A stretch of 64,000 nucleotides of DNA from Octopus vulgaris (taxonomy: Eukaryota), in the NCBI GenBank assembly GCA_951406725.2, contig OX597823.1:8060001-8124000 (forward strand). The letters are read 5' to 3'. The first letter of the stretch is position 1; each line of letters begins with the position of its first letter. Below, piece after piece: positions 37,511-50,975 of the stretch. Made by a program: the position numbers and the translations under genes. The notes under the pieces are model-generated. The model was not told the DNA's origin, ran no database searches, and worked only from the letters and a program-made list of their open reading frames with translations.

Positions 37511-38469
37511 ACACCACAACGTGGACTCTGTTGAGACGAGTAAGAAACAATTATGAACTTTTTTTATTACACTTAACCTTTAAAAATGTTTTTGATAAGG
37601 TTCGTTTTTTCAAGACGAACCGAAACATGTAAAATCTCTAAGAAAATTAAAATTCATCTTATATAGTGGCGTTTTCAAACTTCTTATACATATACATATA
37701 CATACATACATACAAACACACACACACATATATATATATATATACACATATATACATACATACATACATATATATATATACATATATATATACTCTATAT
37801 ATATATGTATATATATATATACACACACATATATATATACATACATATAAATGTATATATATATATATATATACATAAATATACATAAATATACACATAC
37901 ATAAATATATATATATATACACCATAACCATCACTTGCAAACAGAAATGAACTGATTGCATATACCATACTTTCGCAAATTTATTTAGGTGTCTATATAG
38001 TTGCTCTGTTGTGAACATGTTTAACCGTCTTTAAACACCTGAATTACATACAAATGTATACCTTTAATACTCTGGCACATTTTAGCTGTAAATTATTTCA
38101 TTGTTAACACAATAATGAAGAAATTACGAAGAAATTTAATTATACCTTTTATTTTACTCTAACTTATCAGACATTGTATAAAAAATGTTAAATTACAATT
38201 TCATTTTATTGAAATTACATTATTTATTGCTTTTGTCTTGTTGAATATAATAGAATGTAAAATTTTATGCTTTCAAAAAAACAATTTATTTTCCTTTAGA
38301 GCTGGTTGTCATTTAATAGTTTGTAAATAGTTTGAGCAAACTTACTAGCGTTTTATACTTGTCCAGTTTTGTGTTAGAAATAATGAATGGTACGTATTTT
38401 CTTTTTTAATAAGTCAGACAAGAGAGAAGGTAAACTCAATACATAGTGGTGTTTTCAAACTTCTTATAG

Positions 38470-38500
<31 letters not shown>

Positions 38501-38524
38501 CATAATACATACATACATACACAC

Positions 38525-38563
<39 letters not shown>

Positions 38564-38564
<1 letters not shown>

Positions 38565-38929
38565 TAGCAGTATCGCCCGGCGTTGCTCAGGTTTGTAAGG
38601 GAAATAACTATAAAGCATTTTTAGAGAGTTATAGCCAAAAAATAGCAAAAAAATGGGAAAAAATGATGGTAAATTTTTTTTTTAGTTAAAAAAGGTGGAG
38701 TTGCGTCCCCTAGACATTTTGTGTTTCTGATTCTGGACCCCATGTCGAATTTATCGATTTTTTTCAGAACTGGGGGAACTTTTCAAAATTTTCGCTGCGT
38801 TAGTTTTGAATTATGACATTGGGCTATGTGTGTGTCAAGTTTCATCAGAATCGGTTGAAAGCCGTGGTCAGGGTGAAGGTACAACAAACAGACACACAGA
38901 AACACGCACAGACAAACTGCCGTTTATAT

Positions 38930-38932
<3 letters not shown>
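38564..38932 (-). mobile_element. Non-autonomous Helitron, variant 2, inserted in (TA)n
   Basis: Near-identical to 25897-26279, with CTAG 3' end and hairpin. Confidence 0.85.
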
Positions 38933-38987
<55 letters not shown>

Positions 38988-39050
38988 GTATATATGTATA
39001 TATATATTTATTATATATGTATATATGTATATATATATTTATTATATATG

Positions 39051-39158
<108 letters not shown>

Positions 39159-39579
39159 AATATATATAAACCATAACCATCACTTGCAATCAGATATGAA
39201 CGTTTGATGGCATTCCTAGATCGACGAGTTGATGTTCAGTTTCAATATCTGTAGGTCGATGTAAGGTAAAGAAGGAATGGGAGAATCTAAGAGGCGAGTC
39301 TTAGTAGGAGTAACAGGAAGCTGAAAAAAGGTGCTGGTCAGGTGTATTTCGGTGTATTTGTGTGTTGACGGCTAGTTCAGAGGAGCCAAGCTCGCTACAG
39401 AAATGATATAAGCGAATGAGAGGTATCAGTGTATCTGTGAACTAATGGTTGTAGCTAGAATTTTTGTGGGTGTAGCAGCAGTACCATCCCATATATATGG
39501 GCAATATTGCATCGTTATTATCATTACCTGTTCGGGTAATACAGTATATCGTCTGTGTTTTCAATTCGTACAATTAAAC

Positions 39580-40020
39580 AGGTAATACTTTTACTCTGCA
39601 TACTTTGCCCTTCATTTGGACCAACACGTGATTGTTGTTCCACACTCAATTTCTCAAACTTCAGAATGCCGAGGTGTTTTTGTCTCCTTGTCTTTCAGTT
39701 AGGCATTGGAGCTGTTATCATTAATGATCTTACAACTCAGTTACATAAAGTGGTTTGCCTCTTCCAGTTCCTGTCCTTCATTAACGATCTACTCAGGTTA
39801 TGCTACTAAACTTATATCAGGCCTTGATTGATTGATAATTTCAGTCTTCTGGATGTTAATTTTGAAATCGAACGTTGACACCATTTCATCGAAAGCATCC
39901 ACCAAGCTCTGCATATCCCCTGTACGATAGAAAACACAGACAATCAGCGAAGAACATGTCTATCACTAATGTGTTTTATCTTAGTTTTCCATGAGAAGAT
40001 GGTAACACCTTCAAGAGGTT
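39580..40020 (-). pseudogene. Decayed RTE RT fragment
   Basis: MFFAD..DMQSLVDAF..FKINIQKTEI..ELEEANHF..VWNNNHV..KGKVCR. Confidence 0.7.
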
Positions 40021-40066
40021 AGTATTGGAACTTGCTCATACAACACACACACACACACACACACAG

Positions 40067-40098
<32 letters not shown>

Positions 40099-41391
40099 GC
40101 ACACAGACACACACACACACACACACACACACGGAGACACACAGACACACTCACACACATACACACAACATCGATCTGCTTTCGGAATGCTTGTTTTGTG
40201 CATCATTGACAAACTAAGTGAAAGTAGCAGAAATTAGAGCTTAGCCCTACGCGAAACCTCTATAACTGTTGAAGTGTTCATTTACAATTTAAGATCACAT
40301 TTTACGTGTCTCTATCGGTGTCCATATTAAAAAACATTGAAATAAGATATGCGTAGAAAAATGAAATTAGTCATGATGTAAATATTCTCCAGTGTTAAAG
40401 AGCGAAAGCATTCAGTAATGAAAATATTTTAAAGCCAGTATCAATAATTTATATCCATCCACGCAGGTGCATTTGTCCCACTTTATATTAAAGACAATAA
40501 TTTTAATGCTTTTAGGTTACTGTATTTTGATGAATATTGCAGTTACTATCACTACCCATGGTTTAACATAGTCACCCCCCCCACACACACACAAACACAC
40601 ATCATTTGAAAGGCAAAGAGAATTGTGGTTGTCTAACATCAAAATAACAGTAGTTTAATGAATTTTACGTATTAAATTGTTTTCTTTTATATAATGAATA
40701 GGAATTTATTCAGTTTTTTATATTTAACAATTAATATCATAAATTTTAGTCCGAGAGACGGAACACATTTTTGTTTTCCAGTGAAGAGGGCTGGATAGTG
40801 CCAATGACTTTTTACAAGGCCTTTGAGACTGATCGGAGCAAGCAGTTATGTTTAAATTGGAAAGCTGGCTCTAAGGCTTCCAACAGAGTAGGTTCTGCTA
40901 AAGGGACCCCAGGACTAGGTTAAACTTGGCAATGGATAAATCTACCACCCGCGTGAGCTACAGCATGATTTGAACTCAGGACGCAAGGAGCTGGAATAAT
41001 ACCGCAAAGCATCCGGTTCGATGTCCTTGCAGTTCCGCCGAACCACTTCCCCTGGTTTGGTACTATTTACATGGGTACTGAAAATATAAAGGGTAAAGTT
41101 GACTTTGGTAGGATATGAACTCAGTGTGTAGATAATCGGAACAAATCCCACGAGAATTCTATGTCTCTAACGATTCTGCCAATCCACCATTTACTTTTTA
41201 AGCCAATACAAAGATTACTTCAGAGAGGCAACTTGTGGTACATATTTCTTATTTTCTTTATGTTTTGTATTTGAAATTTATTTTCCCCATTCGTTGAATC
41301 CACCTACCCATAAAGTCATAGCAGCGACAACTTTCGGAATTCTTGTGAAGCCTCCATAATTAAATCTTTCACGGAGATGAACTAAAATTAT

Positions 41392-41815
41392 ATTCTTTTC
41401 TACTCTAGATACAAGGCCCGAAATTTTTGGGGAGGGGCCAATCGATTAGGTCGATCTTCTAGTACGCAACTGGTATTTAATTTATCGACCCAGAAAGGAT
41501 GAAAGGCGAAGTCGACCTCGGCGGAATTTGAACTCAGAACGTAAAGACAGACGAAAGACTTATTTCTTTACTACCCACAAGGGGCTAAACACAGAGAGGA
41601 CAAACAATGACAGACAAACGGATTAAGTCGATTATATCGACCCCAGTGCGTAACTGGTATTTAATTTATCGACCCCGAAAGGATGAAAGGCAAAGTCGAC
41701 TTCGGCAGAATTTGAACTCAGAACGTAACGGTAGACGAAATACGGCTACGCATATATATATATATATATATACGGCTACGCATTTCGCCCGACGTGCTAA
41801 CGGTTCTGCCAGCTC
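41392..41815 (-). mobile_element. Family D SINE dimer (two tail subtypes) with internal (TA)n
   Basis: Two Meta-like cores (41480 and 41665). tacggctacgcat is duplicated around a TA tract at 41741-41783. Confidence 0.85.
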
Positions 41816-42198
41816 AGTTAAAGTACAAGTAGATAAAGTTGAGAAGTTTAAGAATTATATCTAATTCCACCTCTGTTTTACGACGTAAAATTTTCTCCAG
41901 AATGACTCTCGAAATTTCACGCGCCCGTACAGTTCAATAACTCTACAGTAGTTATGACAAACACTTTGCTAGCACTTTAACAAAGAAATTAGATGTGTAG
42001 TGAATTGATATTCGATTTCTTTTTTAGCAGTGAGTAAACTATGAATGAAAGCTAAACATGTTTACATTTTTTGCTTGAAAACAATGTTTTTGTGGAGATA
42101 TACAAAACCAACGTGAAAGCGATTAAAAAGTGACTCCTTTTTTCAACTGCTTTCACATTGGCTTTGTATATCAGCACAATAACACTCCGTTAAAAGAA

Positions 42199-42225
42199 AT
42201 AATAATAATAATAAAAATGATGATG

Positions 42226-42272
<47 letters not shown>

Positions 42273-42600
42273 CAGTTAATAAATATGTACGATAAATTCT
42301 GTAAAAAACACCACTTGTTCGAATCCATTCTTAGCCATACGATATCTCTCTTGTAACCATTCTTTTGAAAAAATCTCAACTGGTTTTACGTGAATCAAAG
42401 AAATGAAACGATCAAAATGAATTCTACAGCCCACAAGAGTATAGGAATATACAAGGTGTATGTATGAGGGGGAAAGAAAAGATGAAGAAAGAAAGAGAGG
42501 GAGAGAGAGAGGGAGTGAATGAGAAAGGGAATGACAGAGAGCGAGAGCGAGAGAGCGAGAGCGAGAGAGCGAGAGAGAGATTGAGAGAGAGAAGATCTGG
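42199..42600. repeat. (AAT)n and (GA)n/(GAGAGC)n microsatellites
   Basis: Directly visible. Confidence 0.9.
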
Positions 42601-43125
42601 AGAAATAAGCAAAGAAAGTAAGAAGAAAATCAAAAGAAGTAACATGAAGACATGCATGATAGCAGAAAAGGACATCTGAAAGAAGACAAAGAAAGCAAAC
42701 AGAACTAGAAATCACGAAACGACCATTTATAACTGTTGGGAATTCTAGCAGACATGTTAATTTTCTTAAATCGACTTTTCTCTGATTTATGTTGTGACTA
42801 TCTTACATACTGCATTTAATTATTTCTTTTCTTTACAGCATTGGATGCTGATAGCATCTACACTCGTATGTCACATCAACATTTTCTCTCACATGTCGGA
42901 ACAAAATGCTCGATAGGTGGTTCATATTCCGGGCATATTTTTTTTGCGTAGATTTGAATTGTTTGTTTACTGTTTTTTGAAGAAATGTGATACATTTTCC
43001 AGTCGGACTTTGATAGGGAACCAAAAAGCGTTACTATTTCGTTTATTCATTAAGTATTTTGTTCCATATCGCTTGTGTTTGGATTGCTTGGATAAACTTC
43101 TGTGTGACGTGATTTAGTGGTCACT

Positions 43126-43514
43126 GTGTGGAGGCGCAATGGCCCAGTGGTTAGGGCAGCGGACTCGCGGTCGTAGGATCGCGGTTTCGATTCCCAGACC
43201 GGGCGTTGTGAGTGTTTATTGAGCGAAAACACCTAAAGCTCCACGAGGCTCCGGCAGGGATGGTGGTGATCCCTGCTGTACTCTTTCGCCACAACTTTCT
43301 CTCACTCTTACTTCCTGTTTCTGTTGTACCTGTATTTCAAAGGGCCGGCCTTGTCACTCTCTGTGTCACGCTGAATATCCCCGAGAACTGCGTTAAGGGT
43401 ACACGTGTCTGTGGAGTGCTCAGCCACTTACACGTTAATTTCACGAGCAGGCTGTTCCGTTGATCGGATCAATCGGAACCCTCGTCGTCGTAACCGACGG
43501 AGTGCTTCTACTAC
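43126..43514 (+). mobile_element. SINE head/body A + tail 1
   Basis: 11-bp TSD tagtggtcact at 43115-43125 and 43515-43525. Confidence 0.93.
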
Positions 43515-44637
43515 TAGTGGTCACTACCGTAACAGATTTTTGCTACTCTGTTCATGTTCACACATTTATCCAGTTTACGTTGAGGTAGAATTTGTTGAAA
43601 ATATCTATTATTGTGGAAAATTCCAGCTGATGTTACGATGATGCAGGTTTTAATGTCAATACTCTATAGTTCATTACAGTATTTCAAATGTTTATATTAG
43701 TATTAGCACTGCAGATACTAATATTGTTTTATTGTAAGAGAGAAATACCGCCTACCATATTTTGTTAAGTTTGATATAGTACACTTTGGTTACTCTGAAT
43801 ATGTTAATATCGTTCTATGATACATTTTCAACAGTACTAAGATATTTATAGCATTCATTGCATAGAACAGGAGAGACAGAGCGAATTAGATATTTTCGGT
43901 TGGGAAAGCAATTTTTCCTATTTGTATTATTAGCTATGAACATTTTTCTTGGACACATTTCATTCCTCTATCAGCTGCAAATGTTTACTAAATCTAGTTG
44001 TCTTCGAACACTTGGGGGCATTTCTATCATAAGTTTTAGGCCATCAATAAATCAATTATGGGTTATGTGGTTCTTTCTTACCCAACATAAATATTGGCTT
44101 TTGCCAAAATAAACAGTATCACAGAAATACTGTCTCACTGGAATATTCCTTTTGAAAGATTTACAATAGAAGAGAAAGAATTGCTGCTTTTAATTCATTA
44201 GCAGAAACTAAAATAGAATTGCACTTTAGTCAGGGTGTAGTGATTTTTTTAGGGTAGTATAAAGCATATTTACTGCCGACTTTTTATTGGTCCATATAAC
44301 TTCACGTCTGAGCCTAAACCTTCCACATGAGTTAGCAGAAAGCACTATCTTAGGAGAGATACTCAATGTTTAACAATCAAGCTACACTATTACAGTTTCT
44401 ACGTTGTTTTGCTATTTTAGACTAAACAGATGTAGGTTTTGGTACTGCCTCTAGTTACTATATTAATGGATACGCAGTAGCCTTAAATGAATTAGTATAA
44501 ATAGCATATGGAGTTCTTGTACATAGTGTTTAGCAGTTGGACTATAATTTTCCATCAAGTGAGTCTTTTTTATTCTAGGACAAAAATTATGTTCGTGCAA
44601 GAGCAATATCAATTTCGTTATCAGTAGTCTTTTTAAA

Positions 44638-45160
44638 TATGGGGTCTGGGTAAACATGTCGGGACTGCTATGGTAACAGTGCTTGGTGCAGACTGAATTT
44701 GAACTCTGTCGTGCATGCACGCTAAGTTATAGTGTTCTCGCTCACTGCCATTTTTCAGAGTAGTGCTTGGAAGTAAAATGTGTAGGATGAGGTCGTCTCA
44801 TCACACCGCAGAGGTTCCATCAGTGACCATGGCAGGGAAAATTGAGCAGAGGATCTGCATCAAATTTTACCAAAAGTTTGGTCATACCTGCGCTTTTGCC
44901 TCTTTTCAGAACTCAAATCCCACTTAAAAGGAACAAGATTTTGTGACGTCGAGGAAATCTAAGAGAATGCAACAAGGCAGCTTCTCTCTATTCCCCCCAA
45001 AAGGAGTTCCAGGAATGCTTCCATCAATGGAAACGATCTTGGATAAAGTGCGTGGCTCCAGAAGGGGAGTACTTTGAAGGAGATTAAATGCCAAATTGAT
45101 ATGTGTTGTAGTTTTCTTTTTATAGTACCACTCCCGTTACTTTTCATCAGGCCTTGTATA
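44638..45160 (+). mobile_element. Internally deleted mariner
   Basis: MAGKIEQRICIKF fused to FCLFSELKSHLKGTRF..FQECFHQWK..KCVAPEGEYFEGD*. Degenerate TIRs ending cttgta. Confidence 0.8.
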
Positions 45161-45245
45161 CAGGCCTTTTCTTTGTACCCCTGCATTGTGCAGGTTTCGC
45201 TGGATTTAATCAGTGTTTCAGCGTTGTTAATCATTGTGTAATACC

Positions 45246-45478
45246 TATTTGTTTATTACCCACAAGGGGCTAAACACAGAGGGGACAAACAAGGACAGAC
45301 AAAGGTATTAAGTCGATTACATCGACCCCAGTGCCTAACTGGTACTTAATTTATCGACCCTGAAAGGATGAAAGGCAAAGTTGACCTCGGCGGAATTTGA
45401 ACTCACAACGTAACGGCAGGCGAATCACCGGTAAGCATTTCGCCTGGCGTGCTAACGTTTCTGCCAGATCGCTGCCTT
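45246..45478 (-). mobile_element. Family D SINE, full length
   Basis: 16-bp TSD atcattgtgtaatacc at 45230-45245 and 45479-45494. Confidence 0.9.
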
Positions 45479-46680
45479 ATCATTGTGTAATACCACGTCA
45501 GCCCGGATCGAGCAGCCGTATATCAGACAAGGAGTTAGCCGAGCAATAACGTAAGATCTAGAGATTTATCTTTTTTAACTACACCATGTTTCCGTCTAGC
45601 TGATAACTATGCTGCATACTCTGACACGTAGTGATGAATCAAGTGGAGCGTAGAGTGACAGTCAGGACATATTGAAGCCTCTCCACTGGTCAATGTATTT
45701 ATGAACATCTGCATATTATGGCGGCATCCATAGTTGATGCGAACGAAGTGGTTCCAATGCGGCAGTTGTATTTAATTTGTATGAAGCACTTATTTGTGTT
45801 ACATATTGAAAAAAAGAAACGGCTCCCAACAACTCCGAAAACTACTCGTGGCAACGATTCGATGTCTACCCGATTCTCTGCAACAAAAATAGCCTTTGGA
45901 ACGAATATTAATCAACACACCCAACCTAGCTTGGATGTGTTGTTTATAACGCCGTAAGCTGCAGCAAACGTCCCGAAAACCCATTTCGTGTAGACGACAA
46001 ATGCTAAGAAGCATCGAAATTCCATCGGCTGATGAAATTTCGTCTGGACCGGCGGATGTCACTACCGTGTCACCTGATTACATCTTGGACAAAAATCATG
46101 TTCGTGCAAGAGCGATATCAATTTTGATATCAGTAGTCTTTTTAATTATGGGGTCTGGGTAAAAAAATGAGTTTTCGAGATGTTACTGCAGTAGCTCTGT
46201 TAAAATGTCTAAAGGAATAATGGTGAAAATTGTTTCGGAGTTTAAAGGGGTTGACTATCATTGCAGCATGACTCCCGAATGAAGAGTAGTAACTGTACAT
46301 TTGTGGACAGTCCTTCACTAGACAGTTATAGCCGAGTGGGCATTTGTTGGTACAAGGAAAATTGTAGTTGTTGATAGAGGGCTTTTCACTAGTTTTGTGT
46401 AGTTTCTTAGCGTTTGAAAAAAAAAAATTGTTTTAAGTTTAAAGTAGTCGAGTAAGAAAATATAATATAATATAATATTATAAAATTTCCTTCTTTCCAA
46501 ATGTGACATATAAATTAGTTTTTCCAAACATTGACTTTTAGTTCTCGAAAAGCTACAAGCGAAACAAGATATATTTTGTGGAACTAATGCATATAGATTA
46601 CAGGTTTATTCACTCTCAAGTTTATATATATTCTAAGTTGCCAGACATAGAATTTTTGAATTAGTTCCCCTCTGGAAAAG

Positions 46681-46761
<81 letters not shown>

Positions 46762-47030
46762 GTGTGTATGTATAATGTTAAAAGGCTACACACATTTATT
46801 AAAAAATAAAGACGAAAATGCTTAGTAAATTTAGCATAGAGAATCGAAAGGAAATATGTACTGGCTTCGGTTGTTCAAGACAATCTCTATGAAAGTTTAA
46901 TTTAATTTACTTCAATTTTTCTTTCCATTTTATTCCACTAACATGAAGAGGTCGTCTTAAACGGTATTTATTTCCTTTCTATTTCCCATGATAAAGTTCC
47001 GCAAGCATTTTCGTTTTATTTTTCAATATA

Positions 47031-47790
47031 TACGAGGGGATATCTAAACGTTCCCGGACTAGTTCTGTAATGCGCCACCAGATGGTAGCACATGATTGTG
47101 TGTGCAGTTAGAGCTAACAGTGAGCTTCATAAGGCAGTATGACCAGATCACGTATGTACAGTAGCCTGCGATTTTTGTCATGGACAGGAAGTTGGAACAA
47201 ACAGCCAACGTGAAATGTTGCGTCAAACTTGGAAAGCTTGTCACAGAGACATTGAACATCCTCGGCAAGCTTACGGTGACGAGGCAATGGATCGTGTGCA
47301 ATGTTTCGGGTGACACAGACGCTTCAAAAGCGGAAGCACGTCCCTGGAAGACGATGAAAGATTGTTGTTGTTTGTTCCTTCTCGAGCCATGCCTGGCTCA
47401 TAAGGGCCGGTTTCCCGGTTTCTTGGCGTATAGGTTCCCCGCCTGGACGGGACGCCGGTCCGTCGCAGGTGAGCTGCAAGATGCAGGAGGAAAGAGTGAG
47501 AGAAAGTTGTGGCGAAAGAGTCAGCGGAAGTTCGCCATTACCTTCTGCCGGAGCCGCATGGAGCTTAGGTGTTTTCTCTCATAAACACACACATCGCCCG
47601 GTCTGAGATTCGAACCCGCGATCCCTCGACCGCTGCTCTAACCACTAGGCCATGTGCCTCCACAATGCGAGATCTGGAAGACCTTCCTCGAGTGTTATCT
47701 GTGGAGAATATTCAGCAGCTTGTGCATAAGGATCGTCGGAGGACAATCAATGATGTTTTGAAGCGTTTGAAATCAGGATCTGTGGAGCGT
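47031..47790 (+). pseudogene. Mariner 5' end and N-terminal HTH, split by a SINE
   Basis: TIR start tacgagggga, then MDRKLEQTANVKCCVKLGK..QAYGDEAM..RFKSGSTSLEDDER | SGRP..ENIQQLVHKDRRRTIND. Confidence 0.85.
47362..47663 (-). mobile_element. SINE head/body A + tail 2
   Basis: Reverse complement of 34308-34612, with an (aac)n tail. Confidence 0.9.
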
Positions 47791-47806
47791 GAAGAATTGT
47801 GTGTGT

Positions 47807-48149
47807 GTCTATGAGTCCCCGCTTCGGTCATGACTGACCATGGGGTTGCAGCTAGAAAGTTACCTTCCCAGGCACAAGTACGGGCAAGGTTGTTGATGGA
47901 AGACCAGCAGTCGCCCGTGCATACCGGCCTCCCCTCTCCACGCCACTATTGTTATCCAAGGGAAAGGCAACGGCTGATACAGCTTGGCACCTGTGACGTC
48001 GCAACTCATTTCTACAGCTGAGTGAACTGGAGCAACGTGAAATAAAGTGTCTTGCTCAAGAACACAACACGCAGCCCGGTCCGGGATTCGTGCTCACAAC
48101 CTCACGATCGTAAGCTCGACGCTCTAATCACTGAGCCATGCGCCTTTAC
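47807..48149 (-). mobile_element. SINE head/body B + tail 3
   Basis: CORE-like cttgagcaagacactttatttcacgttgctccag followed by a 3' module ending ccatggtcagtcatgacc, unrelated to tails 1 and 2. Confidence 0.82.
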
Positions 48150-48308
48150 TGTGTGTACACACTCACACACACACACACACACATGTATGTATGTAATATA
48201 TATATGTGTGTGTCACTCTCTCTCTCTCTCTCTTCCTATCTCTCTCTCTTTCTATGTATATACATACATTACCCATACATATATACATACATACATACAT
48301 ACATACAT

Positions 48309-48339
<31 letters not shown>

Positions 48340-48720
48340 TATATGTATATATCTACATATCTACATAGGGAATTCTCTAACCATTAAGCTATGGACCTTC
48401 ACACCCCCCCACACAGACAGACATACACACACACAGACACACGTACATAGCTGCTCATATATTGCCCAAGATCTTGCATGATAAGGTGAGTATGGTTAAG
48501 AGAGTTAGTTACTTCAAAATACACTAAGCTTAAGAAATAACCATTATTATGAATCAGATCAGAACAGAAGCCACTTAACGGAATTAAAAAATTGAAATTT
48601 TTTGCATTAAATTTGCATCTTTTAAATAATGACTGGCAAATCATTTGTTTTTCATTTTCAGTGTCTAACAGTTATAGTTTCAATCAAGAGAATTCTACCT
48701 ACTTTGTCTACCTTGATGGC

Positions 48721-49085
48721 GTGGAGGCGCAATGGCCCAGTGGTTAGGGCAGCGGACTCGCGGTCATAGGATCGCGGTTTCGATTCCCAGACCGGGCGTT
48801 GTGAGTGTTTATTGAGCGAAAACACCTAAAGCTCCACGAGACTCCGGCAGGGGATGGTGGTGATCCCTGCTGTACTCTTTCACCACAACTTTCTCTCACT
48901 CCCTGTTTCTGTTGCGCCTGTATTTCAAGGGGCCGGCCTTGTCACTCTCTGTGTCACGAGAACTACGTTAAGGGTGCACGTGTCTGTGGAGTGCTCAGCC
49001 ACTTACACGTTAATTTCACGAGCAGGCTGTTCCGTTGATTCGGATCAACCGGAACCCTCATCGTCGTAACCGACGGAGTGCTTTC
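48721..49085 (+). mobile_element. SINE head/body A + tail 1 with small deletions
   Basis: TSD accttgat at 48710-48717 and 49086-49093. Confidence 0.92.
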
Positions 49086-49258
49086 ACCTTGATCACATCT
49101 CGCATATCCATACGTACATATGCTGACATACACACGCGCGAGCATACACATACACGCATACACTCTTACACATATGTGCATGCGTACACACGCACATGTT
49201 CACACATGAAGGGTGTATATGAATGTATATGTCACAGTGGGGATAGTATTACTGCTGC

Positions 49259-49827
49259 CGCAAGTTGGCGACCTGGCGAAATGCGTTGCCGTCTTTCGTC
49301 TGCCGTTACGTTCTGAGTTCAAATTCCGCTGAGGTCGACTTTGCCTTCCATCCTTTCTTTCGGGGTGGATTAAATAAGTACCAGTTACGCATTGGGATCG
49401 ATATAATCGACTTAATCCGTTTGTCTGTCCTTGTTTGTCACCTCTATGTGTAACCCCTTGTGGGCAATAAAGAAATAAGAAACGTTAGCACGCCGGACGA
49501 AATGTTTAGCGGTATTTCGTTCTGAGTTCAAATTCCGCCGAGGTCGACTTTGCCTTTCATCCATTCGGGGTCGATTCAATAAGTACCATTTACGCACTGG
49601 GGTCGATATAATCGACTTAATCCGTTTGTCTGTCCTTGTTTGTCCTCTCTGTGTTTAGACCCTTGTGGATAGTAAAGAAATCGGTATTTCGTCTGCCGTT
49701 ACATTCTGAGTTCAATTTCCGCCGAGGTCAACTTTACCTTTCATCCTTTCAGTATCGATAAACTAAATACCAGTTGCGTACTGGGATCGATCTAATCGTC
49801 GGGCCTTGTGCCTAGAGTAGAAAAGAA
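49259..49827 (+). mobile_element. Family D SINE trimer bounded by one TSD
   Basis: Three Meta-like cores. TSD tattactgctgc at 49247-49258 and 49828-49839. Confidence 0.85.
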
Positions 49828-50049
49828 TATTACTGCTGCTGCTGTTACTGATGGTGTTGATAAAAAATAAAACTACAGGAAAAAAAGTAAATAAAATGAA
49901 GGAACTACAAATAAGTTATGAATCGCAAAATTAATTAATTTTGTAAAGAATAACAAGAATGCTAACAACAAACACTAAATAACAACGGCAACAACAAAAA
50001 CAACACGAGCAACAACAAATGAAAATGATAGAAAAAATAAAGTTAAATA

Positions 50050-50944
50050 TATATAATACATATATAATACAAATAAATATATATACGAAACGAAGAAAAA
50101 TATCGTTAAAATATCGATGCAAACAATTCTAATAGCTGCGTATGTTTGCGTGTAGTATGAATGTGATTCTGTTTGAATGTGTCTGCGTGGGTGTATGTGT
50201 TTGATATGCACATGAGAAAGTGATATGAAAACGAAAAAAAGATATAGCAACTGATAAATGGCAAGAGAAAATGAGAGAGAGAGAGGGAGGGCTGAAGAGA
50301 AGGAGAGAGACAGTGAGAGGGAGAAATCTTTATATATAAAAGTGAGGTTGTGTGCTGTCTGTCTCCTCCGATTTAGATTCCTAACTACTCCCACATTTTG
50401 CGGTGCAGTTTAACCCAAACCGGGTATCTTATAGTCGTGATTCATATCGAGCCCTTCTGGGTATTAGCGCGCGTCTACGGTGAGTCTACGATTTAAAAAA
50501 AAAATTACCATCAATTTTCCCCATTTTTAATGCATTTTTGGCATATATAAGGGAAGTAACTCTCTAAAAATTGATTATTAAATCTCAGAACGTAAAAAGC
50601 TACAGTAACACCCTCCCTTTGTGGTTAGCCATATTGAGATGGCTATTATACTTTACATCTGTAAAAATGCTTATATAGTTATTTCCCTTACAAACCCGAG
50701 CAACGCCGGGCGATACTGCTAGTATATAATACATATATAATACAAATAAATATATTTAAGAAACGAAGAAAAATATCGTTAAAATATCGATGCAAACAAT
50801 TCTAATGACTGCGTATGTTTGCGTGTAGTATGAATGTGATTCTGTTTGAATATGTCTGTGTGGGTGTATGTGTTCGATATGCACATGAGAAAGTGATATG
50901 AAAACGAAAAAAGATATAGCAACTGATAAATGGCAAGAGAAAAT

Positions 50945-50975
<31 letters not shown>

